A stretch of DNA of 64,000 nucleotides from the NCBI GenBank assembly GCA_965235115.1, contig OZ249436.1, positions 65,348,001 to 65,412,000 of the forward strand, read 5' to 3'. A model generated the notes under the pieces. That model was given only the letters and a program-made list of their open reading frames with translations. It ran no database searches and was not told the DNA's origin. The translations under genes and the position numbers were made by a program. The stretch comes from Laetmonice hystrix (lineage: Eukaryota). The first letter of the stretch is position 1, and every line of letters starts with the position of its first letter. Of this stretch, positions 25,629-37,850 are shown piece after piece.

Positions 25629-26886
25629 GTGAGTACTTCCACGTTTATCCTGACCCACCCACCGCCATGTGTTGTCAGAGATACATGGCCAACATGGACC
25701 ATAAAAACTTCCAGAAATATCTGCCGTACGAAGAATGTAGTGTTCATATTGTAAAGGAAATGGTCAAGTTAGTCAGCTACCAAAATTTGAACTTGTAAAA
25801 CTTTTATTGTTGTTTGACATTGGATTTTAATGAAGCAATAGACTTGTCCTTATAGAAGAACCTGATCATAATGTTCGATATTGGAAATATTGAAATATAA
25901 AATATTGGAAATATTAAATTGATATTGCCATGTAAACACCGACAATAATCCTAAGTAAAGGAATATATCATTAACTGACCCGGTGGGAGGGGGTGTATGT
26001 AAAGAGTTGAGTATTGGTGGTCAGTCTGGTAGACTGAAGGTTATTGTCCTGACACAGTGACCATCCAGTGGTCCTGACCTGTATTGTGGTCAGTATAACC
26101 ATCTGTGACCAGTCCTGGATGATCACCTAATGGTCATCTTGATGCTCATCATGACCTATATAGCGAACAATATACATGTACTGAGTTTGCTCGTGTATCG
26201 GAGTTAAGTCCCTACCCTGGCGATCATTCCAATCATGTTTTCACGGGCAGAAAGCTAATTTAATTGTTTCAATACGCACAGTTTGTATGAAATGGGATGA
26301 AGTCTGGGTGAGATATATTGTAACAGATGAGATTATGCGCACACAGTATATCATATCTGACAGCTGTTGATTAGTTGATATGGTATCTGCTGTGTGTATT
26401 GTAGTGTGCGACATGGAATATATCATAGGTAAGGGCAGCCGAATCTTTACCGTGCTCTGCTCTCTTTATATATCAACTACGTCTATTTTACCGTAGTTAA
26501 GGTAGACCTATAAGGGGGGGGGCATGAGATTACATAAAGTCAAACTGCATGTATTATGTCAGTTTTATTTTGCAATGCAGTACAACCGAGTCACAAATGT
26601 GGACATAAGTTTTTAAGCATGGATATTGGTACATGTATTTTTGCCTGTTTTTATAATACAAAGACATATTGTAGTAGAGATATCTCACCATATTGAAGCA
26701 TGCGTGAAAGAAATATTGGCCGGACTCGGAGTGATACCGTGCTTACAGACAGGCTGGCTTTGGCGCCTGGTTGACCTCTGTAGAGAGTTTGGTGAGCGGG
26801 GATGGTCTTTATATTATAGAAAGGCCTGATTAGGCAGAGATGTGTCGAGGCCATGGGTAATTGGATTTTTGTGTCCTTTTTTGCAG

Positions 26887-27044
26887 CATTTTGAAGGAGC
26901 ACGCCTCTGAGCCGGACATCCGAAAGACTGACCGACCGCTGTCCCCGGGGTCGGGCAAGGAGGCCCGGGAGGCGTACAAACACATCCAGAAGGGGGGAGA
27001 GATCCCAATATCAGGTCTGCGACTGCCCTACCCAGAACGGAAAG
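26887..27044 (+). CDS. SORBS: SORBS/CAP exon (158 nt, phase 2-1): ILKEHASEPDIRKTDRPLSPGSGKEAREAYKHIQKGGEIPISGLRLPYPERK
   Basis: Acceptor gtcctttttgcag, donor AAG|gtgagt. YKxIQKGGEIPxxGLR is a motif typical of invertebrate CAP. Confidence 0.9.
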
Positions 27045-27900
27045 GTGAGTGGCTACAATAAACACAAGGGGTTGGGGTTCATCAAATGAAATTTATACAA
27101 AGTGATCAAATTTGAAAATGGTTAAAAAAAAGAACGAAAATCACAATCAGGTTGGAAGAATTATTTTCCTTTTGAATGTAGGGTGGTTTGGGTCTTAGTA
27201 ATTCGTGAATGGTTCTTGATGCTGGAAACAGGTTTCCGGGATCTAGAATTAGGTACACCAGGAAATAGAGAGAGAAAATGAGATGAAATTCAGTAACTAT
27301 TTCGTGATGGCATATGGTGCAGGATCGTACATTATATTACCGATATACCGTATTGCATAAAAAGCAATGCATAATATAGATTATGAATGGACTGCTAATT
27401 TACTGTTATCAATACTTATTCTATTCTGTAAAATAATTTTGGATACATATTTCTAGGTCATGAAAATACATGCAGAAAATTTAAAGGATACGCTTATGAA
27501 AAAAAGGATAAAAATAGCGTGCTACTTCTGAGCTGTGTAGGACATTACGGTTGGGTAAATAGTTTGATGCCATGAATCAGGTGTTGGTATATTTACAGAA
27601 ACAAGGTGTACAAACAATTGCTAGAGTCAATCGGCAATCAACATAAAGCCAATAAATGTGATACTATGCTGCACAAGAGAAGATCTAAAGTCAGAGTTTT
27701 TTAAGGTTGAGAAGTTTAGATTACGATATTATGGAATTATCAGTTTTTACGATAAGAGTGATCAATAATGTTGTGAATTACCTAAGTTGAATGATAGCGT
27801 TATTGTGCCTGTTTTGGCTGAAGCTTTGATGGTTTGCAGATGAATTCGGTGCTTTAGACTTTTCTTCCGTTTCTTTCTTTCTGTCTTTCTTTGTTTTTAG

Positions 27901-27933
27901 ACGGAATCTTTGGGGGAATTTCATTGTTTTCTG
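27901..27933 (+). CDS. Candidate micro-exon (33 nt, phase 1-1): (D)GIFGGISLFS
   Basis: A very strong ~42-nt pyrimidine tract ending tttttag at 27900, and a weak donor CTG|gtacct. Frame-preserving. No homology support. Confidence 0.3.
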
Positions 27934-28208
27934 GTACCTGGCTGACCTGTAACCCTTTGCACTCTCCGGGTTTCCACCTTTTAAAAACGTGTCCGGGTTT
28001 GTGACCTGCGGTTTGTACAGTGCTGTAACTGCAGCTGTTGGGTCTCCATCATGTAACAACGTCTCAGGTCTCTTTATGCATACCTTTCAACCCCTCTGAA
28101 AGGTTGCGGTCAGGGGCGAGGGTAAAGAAGGGGTTTTAGTGATGGAGAAAAGCCAGCCTTGGTCTGGTGATGAGCTGACTCGAGTCTAGTGAGATGTGTG
28201 GTTCACAG

Positions 28209-28243
28209 TTACTCCACCAGGTGGCTCTGACGTGGAGAGCCAG
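28209..28243 (+). CDS. Candidate micro-exon (35 nt, phase 1-0): (V)TPPGGSDVESQ
   Basis: Strong donor CAG|gtaagg and moderate acceptor ggttcacag. In frame only if spliced to a phase-0 acceptor (30350 or 42554). Confidence 0.25.
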
Positions 28244-29747
28244 GTAAGGTGCACTCGCTTCTATTCCATCTGCCGCTAGCCTCTTTAGGTCAATGAACTA
28301 AAAAGAAGAAGAATATTTTTCAAGTGAAAATATCAGAGGCAGCATGAAGGGTGCTTTCATTACTTTAGTAGTGTAGCAAAGGGAAATTTGTTGGCATGTG
28401 TCCATTTCGAGTTCAGTTTAATTGTGAAACTCGTGTAATTCCTGGCTAAGATGAATAATTTCAACTGTGAAGAAGCTGATATTTTTGCATGTGGAAGTGT
28501 TACCTCCGTACGTTATTATAGACACCTCCATACGGTATTATATACCACGATTCTTGTATCAATTGGGGATTTTCTACATTTTTTGAAATGATACTAGTTT
28601 TAGTATAGATGATTGAATTGTTGTGACCTTATCTGGCGTTGACTGCAGTAGTCTGTGGCGCAGGTTGTTTGCACCGTCTCACTTAGACAAGTGACATGCT
28701 CGTCTCTCCCCGTCCATGGACTACATGCCAACATTCACTTCCATCGACCAACTTATACCGACAAGTATATTTGTAAATATATTTGTATATGAACATAGCT
28801 TTATATAGCTCTATATGGTTTGAGTGGCAGGAAGGGGTTCCCTGCTGCCGTTTGACGCTGGAGTTGTTTTGTATCACTGTGCTCACCCTCACTGCTGGAC
28901 CTGAGGTTAGATTATAATCATCGATGTCTTGTGGCTGACAACAGAAGTCGAGGTAAACTACCCCATCCCCCCTCCCCCGACAACCCCTCATTGTCCCTCC
29001 ACCCCACCCCACCGCCCTACCCCACCCCGACGTCCGCAAAGTCCCTCATTCAGATCAAGTTCTAGTGTTTTCTATAATCATACCACATTTTGATTCCATG
29101 CCAAAACTAAACATTTTTAACTTTATATAGAACCTTTACTGCCTATGTGTGGTATGATTACACATACACATAAAACCTATCCTTGGTGGGGTTTGACTAG
29201 GTCCCCCGCTACTATCACCATACCCCTCCCACTGTGCACCTCCTGACTATGGTTATTTTATACACGTGGGCATTGCTGCATTCATAACCAACGCTTCAAG
29301 CCAAACCTTGCACAAAGTATACAAGATAAAGAAATTAATACTAACTAAGCAAACATGATATTTAGGAGCTAAATCCAGTATCACTAGATGCAAACTTGCG
29401 AACCGTTTATCCATGGAACTATAATTCTGTGGTTTATCCATAGGTTTCAATTAACACAGGATTTTGAAGACCATGACAGGCAAATTTAAATGTGAATGTC
29501 ATCCAGTTATGATCTTCTGGCCACCTAAAAATAGTGATACATTATGCAGTCAATACAGATCCGACAGAATCTACATTTATGAATTGTATCAGGTATAAAG
29601 AATTTTGGGGACTTTAAGGTGTGCCTTAATCAGTGCCATATCTCCCCGTGCACCACTAACTGAAATACTGATACCATAACCCGTTTGACCATGCTAATTG
29701 ACCCATTGACTGGTTACTAATTTGATACTAATTGCGTTTTGTTGCAG

Positions 29748-32700
29748 ACGAGTGGCTAGAAGGCCTTGACCTTGCTGCAGAATCACCCATACTGAAATAC
29801 ATCCTGCACAATGACGCACACCTCCTACACAAATACACCCAGCACCCAAAACACAACTTTGTAGAGTACTACCAGAGTAGAGCTGACGGACAAAATCGCA
29901 CAGATACCAAAATATATATTGATTCCGAACCACAAAATATACCGAAAAGTACAGTGAATCATAAAGAAATCAGTATTAAACATACGGGAAACCCTCACAG
30001 TATTGACGTTACTACCCCAAGTTCATGCCTTGTATCTAATTCCGTTTCCTATCCGTCCATCCAACCATATAACCAAAGTGACTCGTTAAATCCCACTAAG
30101 TACCAACAGTCCAAAAGTATTACACCCCCGACCTGTCCGCCAGATCCACAAACTGCTGATTCTCCCCGTCCTACTAGGGTTACCACCTCCCACCAGGGGG
30201 CGACACCTACAAACCGTCCATGTGATCCCCTCTACATATCAGGGTGCCTTGACAATGACAGAGTTCTTCCAGGAAATCAGGATCCTCTTTACACTAGCGA
30301 GCTCAGTCCTCACACTACCAAATATCTAGATTCTTCTTTTGATTTGAAGGACATGGCAACCAGAAAAGAAAACTCCCAAAGGTTCTCCTTTACCCGGGCA
30401 CAACTGGCTGAAGAGTCAGAGTTCCTCTCCAACCCAGGACTGCAGGATCAGTACCTGGCAGGGAAAGGGAATCCATTTTATGGGGAGCCTTACCCAGAAA
30501 ACTATCGGTCTGCCCAGGGGGAACCTGATAGAAACAGTCACACAAGTGGTAGTTTTAGTGAGCCTCTAGAGATTGGCTCTGGCCCCGAGCCCACGCCTCC
30601 TGGGCCGTTTGCTGTGGTACAAAACAACCCAGTGTCAGAGGAATCAGATGGGATTCACAACGGCAACAACCGTACACAGAGGTGGGTGAATGAAGATTGG
30701 TTAGAACAAGCAGATCTTGGGTCAAGGGATGTTTTTACCTATGGACGGTACGAACATCCACAAACTAATATTGATAATAGAATCAACCGTTATGAAGTTA
30801 CAGCAGAAATTACAAACAGCGAGCCTCGGCCAGGGAAAAGGGGATTAGAACACGAACTGCGAAGACCTGAAGTCTTGGAGCTCTTCAAGAAATATTATCC
30901 TGAGGGTTCAAGTTTTGCTGATGATATCGTGTCTACTGCCTCATCAGAAAATTTTGCTGATGACGAAGATGAACAAAAGAAGAGAGAAGCATACCGCCAG
31001 AAGGTTGAGAGTCATTACCGTCGGCTCGTTGAGGAAGGAATCATGTCACCAGATACAGAGTATTTGAATCAATCCTGGTCAAGTCAGGACTTCCCTCCAA
31101 GGAGCAGCAATCCAGAAAGTCCAAGCTATCAAACTGGTATCACTGAGTCAGACTGGAAGGCAATAGACCATCACAGGAGTCTGTCCCAGGAGAAGTCAGA
31201 CAAGACTTCCAGTGAGCAGAGTTCACCAGGCAGCCTCCCAAGTGCTATGAAGAACTCAAACACACGGGAAGCAGAAGTGCCTGAAAAAAAGAAAAAGAAG
31301 GTCCGTGTTCGGCGTCATGATTCCCTTATCAAATATGACTCCGAGCCTGATTTGGTGGGAAAGAAACGGTCTGAGCTGAAGATGTCTATTTCTACTCCCG
31401 AGGAAGACCTTTTTGAAAACATTCCCCCGGACGGTAGCCCTGCTCATACAAATGCTGATTCCTTGTATCAGTCTGAAGTGGATTTCTACAAAACATCCGC
31501 CCAGTCGAAGTTGTCTTCCCGTCCACCTTCTTCTGGTCCACTGAGCCGTCCTCGTTCAACCCCCAACCTGGTCTCATCGCCCAAGAGGCAACGACCTTCA
31601 TCAGGCTCCCCAAGGAGTCAAGGATCAGAAGGTTCCAGTCCGTCGTGGAGGATGTCTCCTAGACATTCGCCTAAAACATCTCCCAAAGGTTCTCCAAAAA
31701 GACACCCATCAAGGCCCCTATCTGTCGATGATTTTTCTGTAAATTTTCGGCATAGGGAGCCCTCAGAGAGCAGCGATAGGTCCTCGAGGATTGACCCACA
31801 GACGTACCAGTCATATGCAGCTGGAATTCTTCACTCCTCAAGAAAGTCTGAACAGTTCCTGCGACTTCAAAAACACTATGCCACCCTCGAGCGAATAAGT
31901 GACATTGAAGATAGAACCCTGATGGATAATTTAGAAAGAGGTCTGAAGAAATTTAATAATGTCAGTATACAATCAAGGTCCAAGTCTGCAGGAAATGCAG
32001 ACTCTGATATTGACGATATTCTGTTATCAAAGTACAAACTGGACAACCTTGAAGAACTTTATGAACTTTATGCTGACCTCTATGAAGCACAGAGAAGAGA
32101 GGAATTCTTTTACGACAGTGGAAACCTAGAAGGAATGCAATGGAATCCTTGGCGTGATCCAGGCCTTAAAAAGAAGTATCTCTATCTTGAAGACTTGTAT
32201 GATATTTATGAGAAAGGTCACGCTTCAAAGAACACATTCGTTCGGAAACGGAGGCAGAAACCAGATGAGTTTCGCCGTGAACTCTCTTTTAAGAAACTAT
32301 GTGATAAATACCAATATCTGGATGAAGCTTCAAGGAAGCAGAGGATACTTGAAGAGTGGTGGAGTGGGAGGTCTCACTCGAGGCGAGGGTCGGATGCTTC
32401 ATCAATCATGTCAGGAGCCAGCTCCTCAGTGACCACAGGTTCTTACATTCAGATCATGGAGAATGCAGCCAAGAAGGCCAAAGAGCGACCCATGTACGGC
32501 TACAACATTCATGAAGAACCAAACAGGTATGAAATCCGCATTGAGAAGATCAGAAAGATGTCGAAATCATGCCCTGATATTTCAGGTGCCTCACTGCACA
32601 TCAGATCAGAATCACAGCCACAGCTTGGCAACAGACGAAGTGTCCGGGAACGTCTTCCTCCGCGTTCGTCATCTTATAAACAGTCAAGTTTTGGCTCAGA

Positions 32701-35700
32701 TCAACAGGTGGACGAAAGCAGATTTTACAGAGTCAAACCGTCGCCAAGGTCAAGTGGACTTCAGTCTCAGGCTTGTAAACTCCCGTCCGGGCGTAGTTCA
32801 GAGTCAGGCTATGACAGCATTGAGAGTCGTTCACCAAACAGTGCAGCATTAGTGAGAGCTGCCCACAACAATCCATTCAGCAAGGCAGTGTTAGAAAACA
32901 GTCAGGAAAGGGCTCACATTCAGGAGAATCCAGGTGACCGGAGTAGTTACACTCAAAGAATCCGTCCAGGCACTTCAAGGTCAGTGAGTATGCCCGAAGG
33001 TGAAAAAGCCATTCCAGGCCGTGGTGTGAACAGGAAACGGAGAGCAGATAATCGTTCGGACGATCCCAACCAAAGGCTTGAAGCGGTTCCTAAACAGAAC
33101 CTTCGACATCCTCAGCGACCCCCAATGCCAAAGAGAGATTACTTAGATTACCGTCCAATGAAACGTGACCCAAAAATATCACGGATTAGAGATGAGAATT
33201 TCCGCGAGAGGCAGCGGTGGAGGAGAGATTCCAAGCCAGTTCCTGGGGCAGTGGCTTCTGCTCTGTCCATGTTTGAACCAAGTGAAGAACCCCCGCCCAG
33301 CGCCTTCCATCCAGTGCAGCCACGCCCTAAAGATCCGCCTTCATATGACAGCCTCCGGCAGGTAAAGGCTAATGCTCGCCATCATGAACACCTTAGACTA
33401 GATCAAGCTTCAGGTGCTGGAATTTACGAACAGGGGCAGCGGCAAAAGAAAATGTCACCTCCAGCGTATAATCAAGTCTGTAACCAGAGAAGAACAACCG
33501 CTGACACTGGTGGTTCTTCTCACAGAACAGACCAAGCCAAGAGACCCGGTAACACTGAAGTGTTTAACAGCACCAAAACTCTGTTTGAAGCGCCTTTACA
33601 ACCTGTTGTGCCGAAGACAGCCTTACAAAGACGGTCACTGAACACAGCCCTTGGTCGGTATGAGGCCAGAATACGGAGTAAAAGCGGTGAAGAGCCTCCA
33701 AAACGACCACGGTCTGCATTACTGGAGCACAGTCCGGGAGATGAAATTGATAATTCAAGTTTGAGGCGCAAGGACCTCTCCAAGAGCACACCCTCCTTGA
33801 ATGAACATTATAAACCTAAGGTGGGGATCAATGATAGGTCTTACTCTCGGAGAAGAAATGAAACAGAAACGACTGATTCCGAGCATGAAGCCTTTGACCA
33901 GGAGACAGGTCAGCGTGACAGAAACCCTAGGAATGTTGGACCTTCAAATAATGGTCAAAGAATATACAAGCCTCAGCCAAGCAGGTATGGTGAAAGGCCG
34001 CACGTGGAAGCTGAAAGAAAAAGCTTGACCAGGCAGTCGTCTATTGACAGCCGATTCCAGCAGATTGAAAGATTCAATTCTAAGATGATGAATGACGATG
34101 ACAAGCCTGTCTGTGCTGATGATGAAGATGATGACCCTGTATATGCATCTGTGCTAACGAAGAAGCAGCGTGGCAGAGAGGGACCTCCCCCAGTGCCCCC
34201 ATACCACGGACACTACCATGATGGTCACAGTTCTGATGGTATTTCAAGTGAGATACCCAAAGGTGAAGGGGCAACAGGGGGTACCTGTGGGGATATAGCC
34301 CACCGAGCTGCCATGCCCCAAACTGGCCGTCAGTATTTGCCCCAAGGGGCTGAGGGAGGGGTTTGGGCAAGGGGCACCAGTGGACAGGCTGTTGGTAGCC
34401 ACCCCAGGGACTGGTCCGATGGCCATCTGTCCTCGACTGATGAGGACACTGGAGAAAGGAAGCATGGTTCTGACTACAGGATGTGTTATCAGAAGGAGCA
34501 GGAGTCGGCGCCAGCCCTGGCCAGGGTGACCCCCATCAGACCATTGAGCAGTGAGTCACACGGACCGAACCACTCTGACCCGGACCGAGACAGTCTCGGG
34601 TCAGATCGGTTCCCGGACGGTCGGCCCTTCCTGCTGGCGGGCCACAGGACAGACTCTACAGAACCAAAGAACATCTATCCAAACATAGCCAACTTCAGAA
34701 AAGAAATTGAGGCAGAGTATAGGAAAATGTATGAGATCACAAAACAGGCTGCTACCTATGGAGATGTCCAAGGTAAGCCCGGAGATAACAACACGAGGTC
34801 TTCTTCAAACTCCGCATTGCTTGCAGAGAATGATCTTTACAATCCGTACTATGGAGAGCTCGGAAAGTGGTCAGGTTTGAATGTGACTGAGGGTTTAGAT
34901 CTTCGCGATGGTATAGACAGGGGGCCTTTACAGAAGTGGGGACCAACAGATTTGTCACCGACAAGGTCAAGTAGTGTGATGACTGGAAGCAACGATACCT
35001 TGATCATTAAGGATAGTGAGGCTGACCTTTCACCCTCTGGTAGGGTTTATAGTTCGGTCAGGCATATGAAAACCCCCCAAGGCACGTCCCATTTGGAAAA
35101 GACGCAGTCTGAACCAAATCTTGCTAAAGACGTGGAAAATGCCAGTGGCCCTCGAGGGGCAAAATCAGAGGAAAACATACAGTTTTCAGAGGTTGAGGTT
35201 TCACGGAGTCCAAATTTTAGTCAGATCCGGGCAAAGTATGAATCAGGTTATGTGTCTGATAATCGTGAAGATAATAATTCACGAGAGGGGATGCCCCGGA
35301 CACTGTCGGGTGATCTTGATGAGATCAGAAGACAGTTTGATCGGGGAGGGTTGCACAGACCCAATAACTCCAGCCTTGGGGGGTTTAGGCCAAATAACCT
35401 CCAAGAACCAAAAGGTATGCAGCATAGCAGAGGGAAGAATAACCAGGAGGGCAACAAGGTGAAGAAATCGGCAATCCATCCGTGGAATATTGTCCGACCG
35501 CCATCTCCCCCAAGGTATGATGAGATACCCAGGGAGTTGCTCGCCCACATTGAGACCCTTGGGCAGGAGTGGGAACGTGACAAGTTCAGACGTAGCTTCC
35601 GAAGCCGTGGAAACACGCCGGAGAGTGAGACCTTCAAGGATGAGCTCAGTTTAGACCAGAACCACCCCGGTTACAGCAGAGAACCTGTAAGCAGTCCAAT

Positions 35701-36068
35701 GTCGAGTACGACTAGCTCCGACCATTACAGTGGGGGGTTTTTACGTGAGGTTCAGCCCCAGGTCGAGGCCCAACCCCAGCCCCGCCCCCCTCACCCTCCC
35801 CCATACGTCCCTCCCCCAGACATCAAACCCAGTCAGAGGAGGAACTACACACAATTCAACTACAGCACCGCATCAGTACCCCGACCTCACTCGGACTTCT
35901 ACGTCAAAACAAACGTCAGCTCACAATCTAGTACCGGTGATTGGCAGCAGGGGTCGCCTCTCTCTGCACAGCGCCCAAACGGTGCGACTGGCGCAGTTTT
36001 CCAGTCACACCCATCAGCCTTTACGCCAACTCGCCGAGATACAACCTTTGAGCACTATACAGACCCAG
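29748..36068 (+). CDS. SORBS: Giant SORBS/CAP exon (6321 nt, 2107 codons, phase 1-1), mostly low-complexity S/P/R/E-rich sequence
   Basis: ORF 29732-36088 (2118 aa) without a stop. Acceptor ttgcgtttttgttgcag in the phase required by exon 27044, and donor CAG|gttaca just before the ORF stop. Joins in frame to 37656. Confidence 0.88.
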
Positions 36069-36746
36069 GTTACAGTCTTTGCTACTAACTTTTTCAGCCA
36101 CCTCTCAATGTTGTTGGAATCCTGGTGTTGCGCACAGCATGTAGAATGGGGCCAGTTGGGACATTCCTGTAATAGTCGATCAGGGCGACTGTATGTTTCG
36201 TTGAGTTCTGGTGCACATGTTGCCAAGTGCTGACGCTGAGAATCCAGGCTAACGGAAGGAGACAGAAATTGATATCAAAAATATTTCGTCCTTGTCGAAA
36301 GTATTTCCGCGTAGGGATTTTGCACCCTGCATGGTTATTGGTGAAATATAAGAAATTGCAACTTATCATTGATTTGATCATTATCTGATCATTAAATGAA
36401 AAGAAAAAGATATTGTCACGGCGTAAGCCTGGAGAATCTCTCAGCAAGGCGTTCCTCGGTGTTCCCACTCGGGTTGCTGGTCTGTGTCTGTTTGGGGATC
36501 ACGTTTTGTGGACACTGGTACCGGGGCTTACAGTGGTGGTGTCGTCTGCTGCGCCTGTCGCTGGGTTGCCATGGGAACCATTACCTAGCGTTCCGTCACA
36601 CACGTGTTCCTCTAGCTCTTGTGTTGACCAGTTCCACGTTTTTTCCATTCCAGCTGGATTTTCAGCTCTTTATTCACTTCTGTATGGGGGTATGTTTTCG
36701 TACTTTTTACCTTGGTTCCTTTTTACCTTCCTCCTTAGCATTGCAG

Positions 36747-36868
36747 AAATAGTGTATGATCGACCCAACAATCTAAAATTAGAGAAGAAAAAACAAGGTC
36801 TGAAATTCAGGAGAAAAATCAAAATAACTGAAGAAATTTTGACTGAAATATACAGGAAAAAGACCTGA
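36747..36868 (+). CDS. Candidate alternative terminal exon (phase 1): EIVYDRPNNLKLEKKKQGLKFRRKIKITEEILTEIYRKKT*; an upstream in-phase acceptor at 36653 would add a hydrophobic segment
   Basis: A long pyrimidine tract ending cattgcag at 36746, a purine-rich open frame, TGA at 36866-36868 and AATAAA at 36898-36903. Confidence 0.35.
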
Positions 36869-36897
36869 TACTTCAATATGTAGAAGGCATGCTTCTC

Positions 36898-36903
36898 AAT
36901 AAA
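36898..36903 (+). terminator. Candidate intronic polyadenylation signal AATAAA
   Basis: Lies 30 nt after the stop of the candidate terminal exon, with a modestly GT-rich stretch downstream. Confidence 0.3.
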
Positions 36904-37655
36904 TAGTGACAGTAACTCGGCATGAGTGCCAATTAGTGTGGACATCTAGAATCTAGATGTTAGATGTCATGTGATGTGAGCTGAGAAAATAGCCAGAATT
37001 GCCGAATACGGTGCCACCTGGTGGCAAACTCTACAGAACGCCCTGCCCTGATGATAGTGGTGTGTTATATAAGAGACTAATGTGAAGCATGGATACCAAC
37101 AAACCTGTAGTAGAAGGGAATACAACAAATAGTATAGCACGGATTAGATGTAAAAGCTGTTCAACACGGATGTTTAGGATGTATTAGTAGATAAGATACA
37201 GTGAAGGCATCTGCATGTTGAGTTGCCCGCGGTACGCCTGCCACGTTATAGTGATGGGAATGTCGACGTGATCATATAGGTTTGAATGAATAGACTTAAA
37301 AAGGTGACTCTCCGTAGCTTGGAAACCTTCAGGAAATGTTCTGTTTTACAGCTAGAACCTTTTGTCCCCTCTTACGATTGCAGCATGCTCACAAGCAACA
37401 GTTCATTTTTTGCACAGTGTTTTGTTGATGTTATGTTTATACATCGTTATTTCAACACACCATGTGTGTAATGTTTGAAGGGCCTGGTATCGCACACACC
37501 TAATGAACTATGAAGAATTACTCGGGATCATTATTTAGTTTAGGAGGTTCTCGGGCCCAAAGAAACTTTCCACGTAGCAGAGTACGCTTTGTTCGTGAGC
37601 ACTGTTTATTTATTTTAAATGCCTTTGTTTTTGTTGCGCCGTTCTCCGTTCCTAG

Positions 37656-37850
37656 AGCCGCCGTTAGAAACAGCAAGGCTTGCGGACAACACTCCACCGC
37701 CTCCCCCGGCCAAGTCAACGGCTCGCATCAACTTGAGCGCCAAGTCGACGGCCCAGATTAATCTGGCTAAAGGCCGCTCACAAAGCTTGTCCGGCTCGGA
37801 TAAGTCTGCTCCACGAAACCAAATCATAACGGGCTCAGCTAGTATCCGAG
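37656..37850 (+). CDS. SORBS: SORBS/CAP exon (195 nt, phase 1-1): (E)PPLETARLADNTPPPPPAKSTARINLSAKSTAQINLAKGRSQSLSGSDKSAPRNQIITGSASIR
   Basis: Acceptor ccgttctccgttcctag, donor GAG|gtagta, poly-proline motif, phase-compatible. Confidence 0.7.

Noticed and set aside
32279-32300. ELSFKK in the giant exon matching the ELSFKKG of SH3 #1
   Set aside because: A six-residue coincidence; no other SH3 residues surround it.
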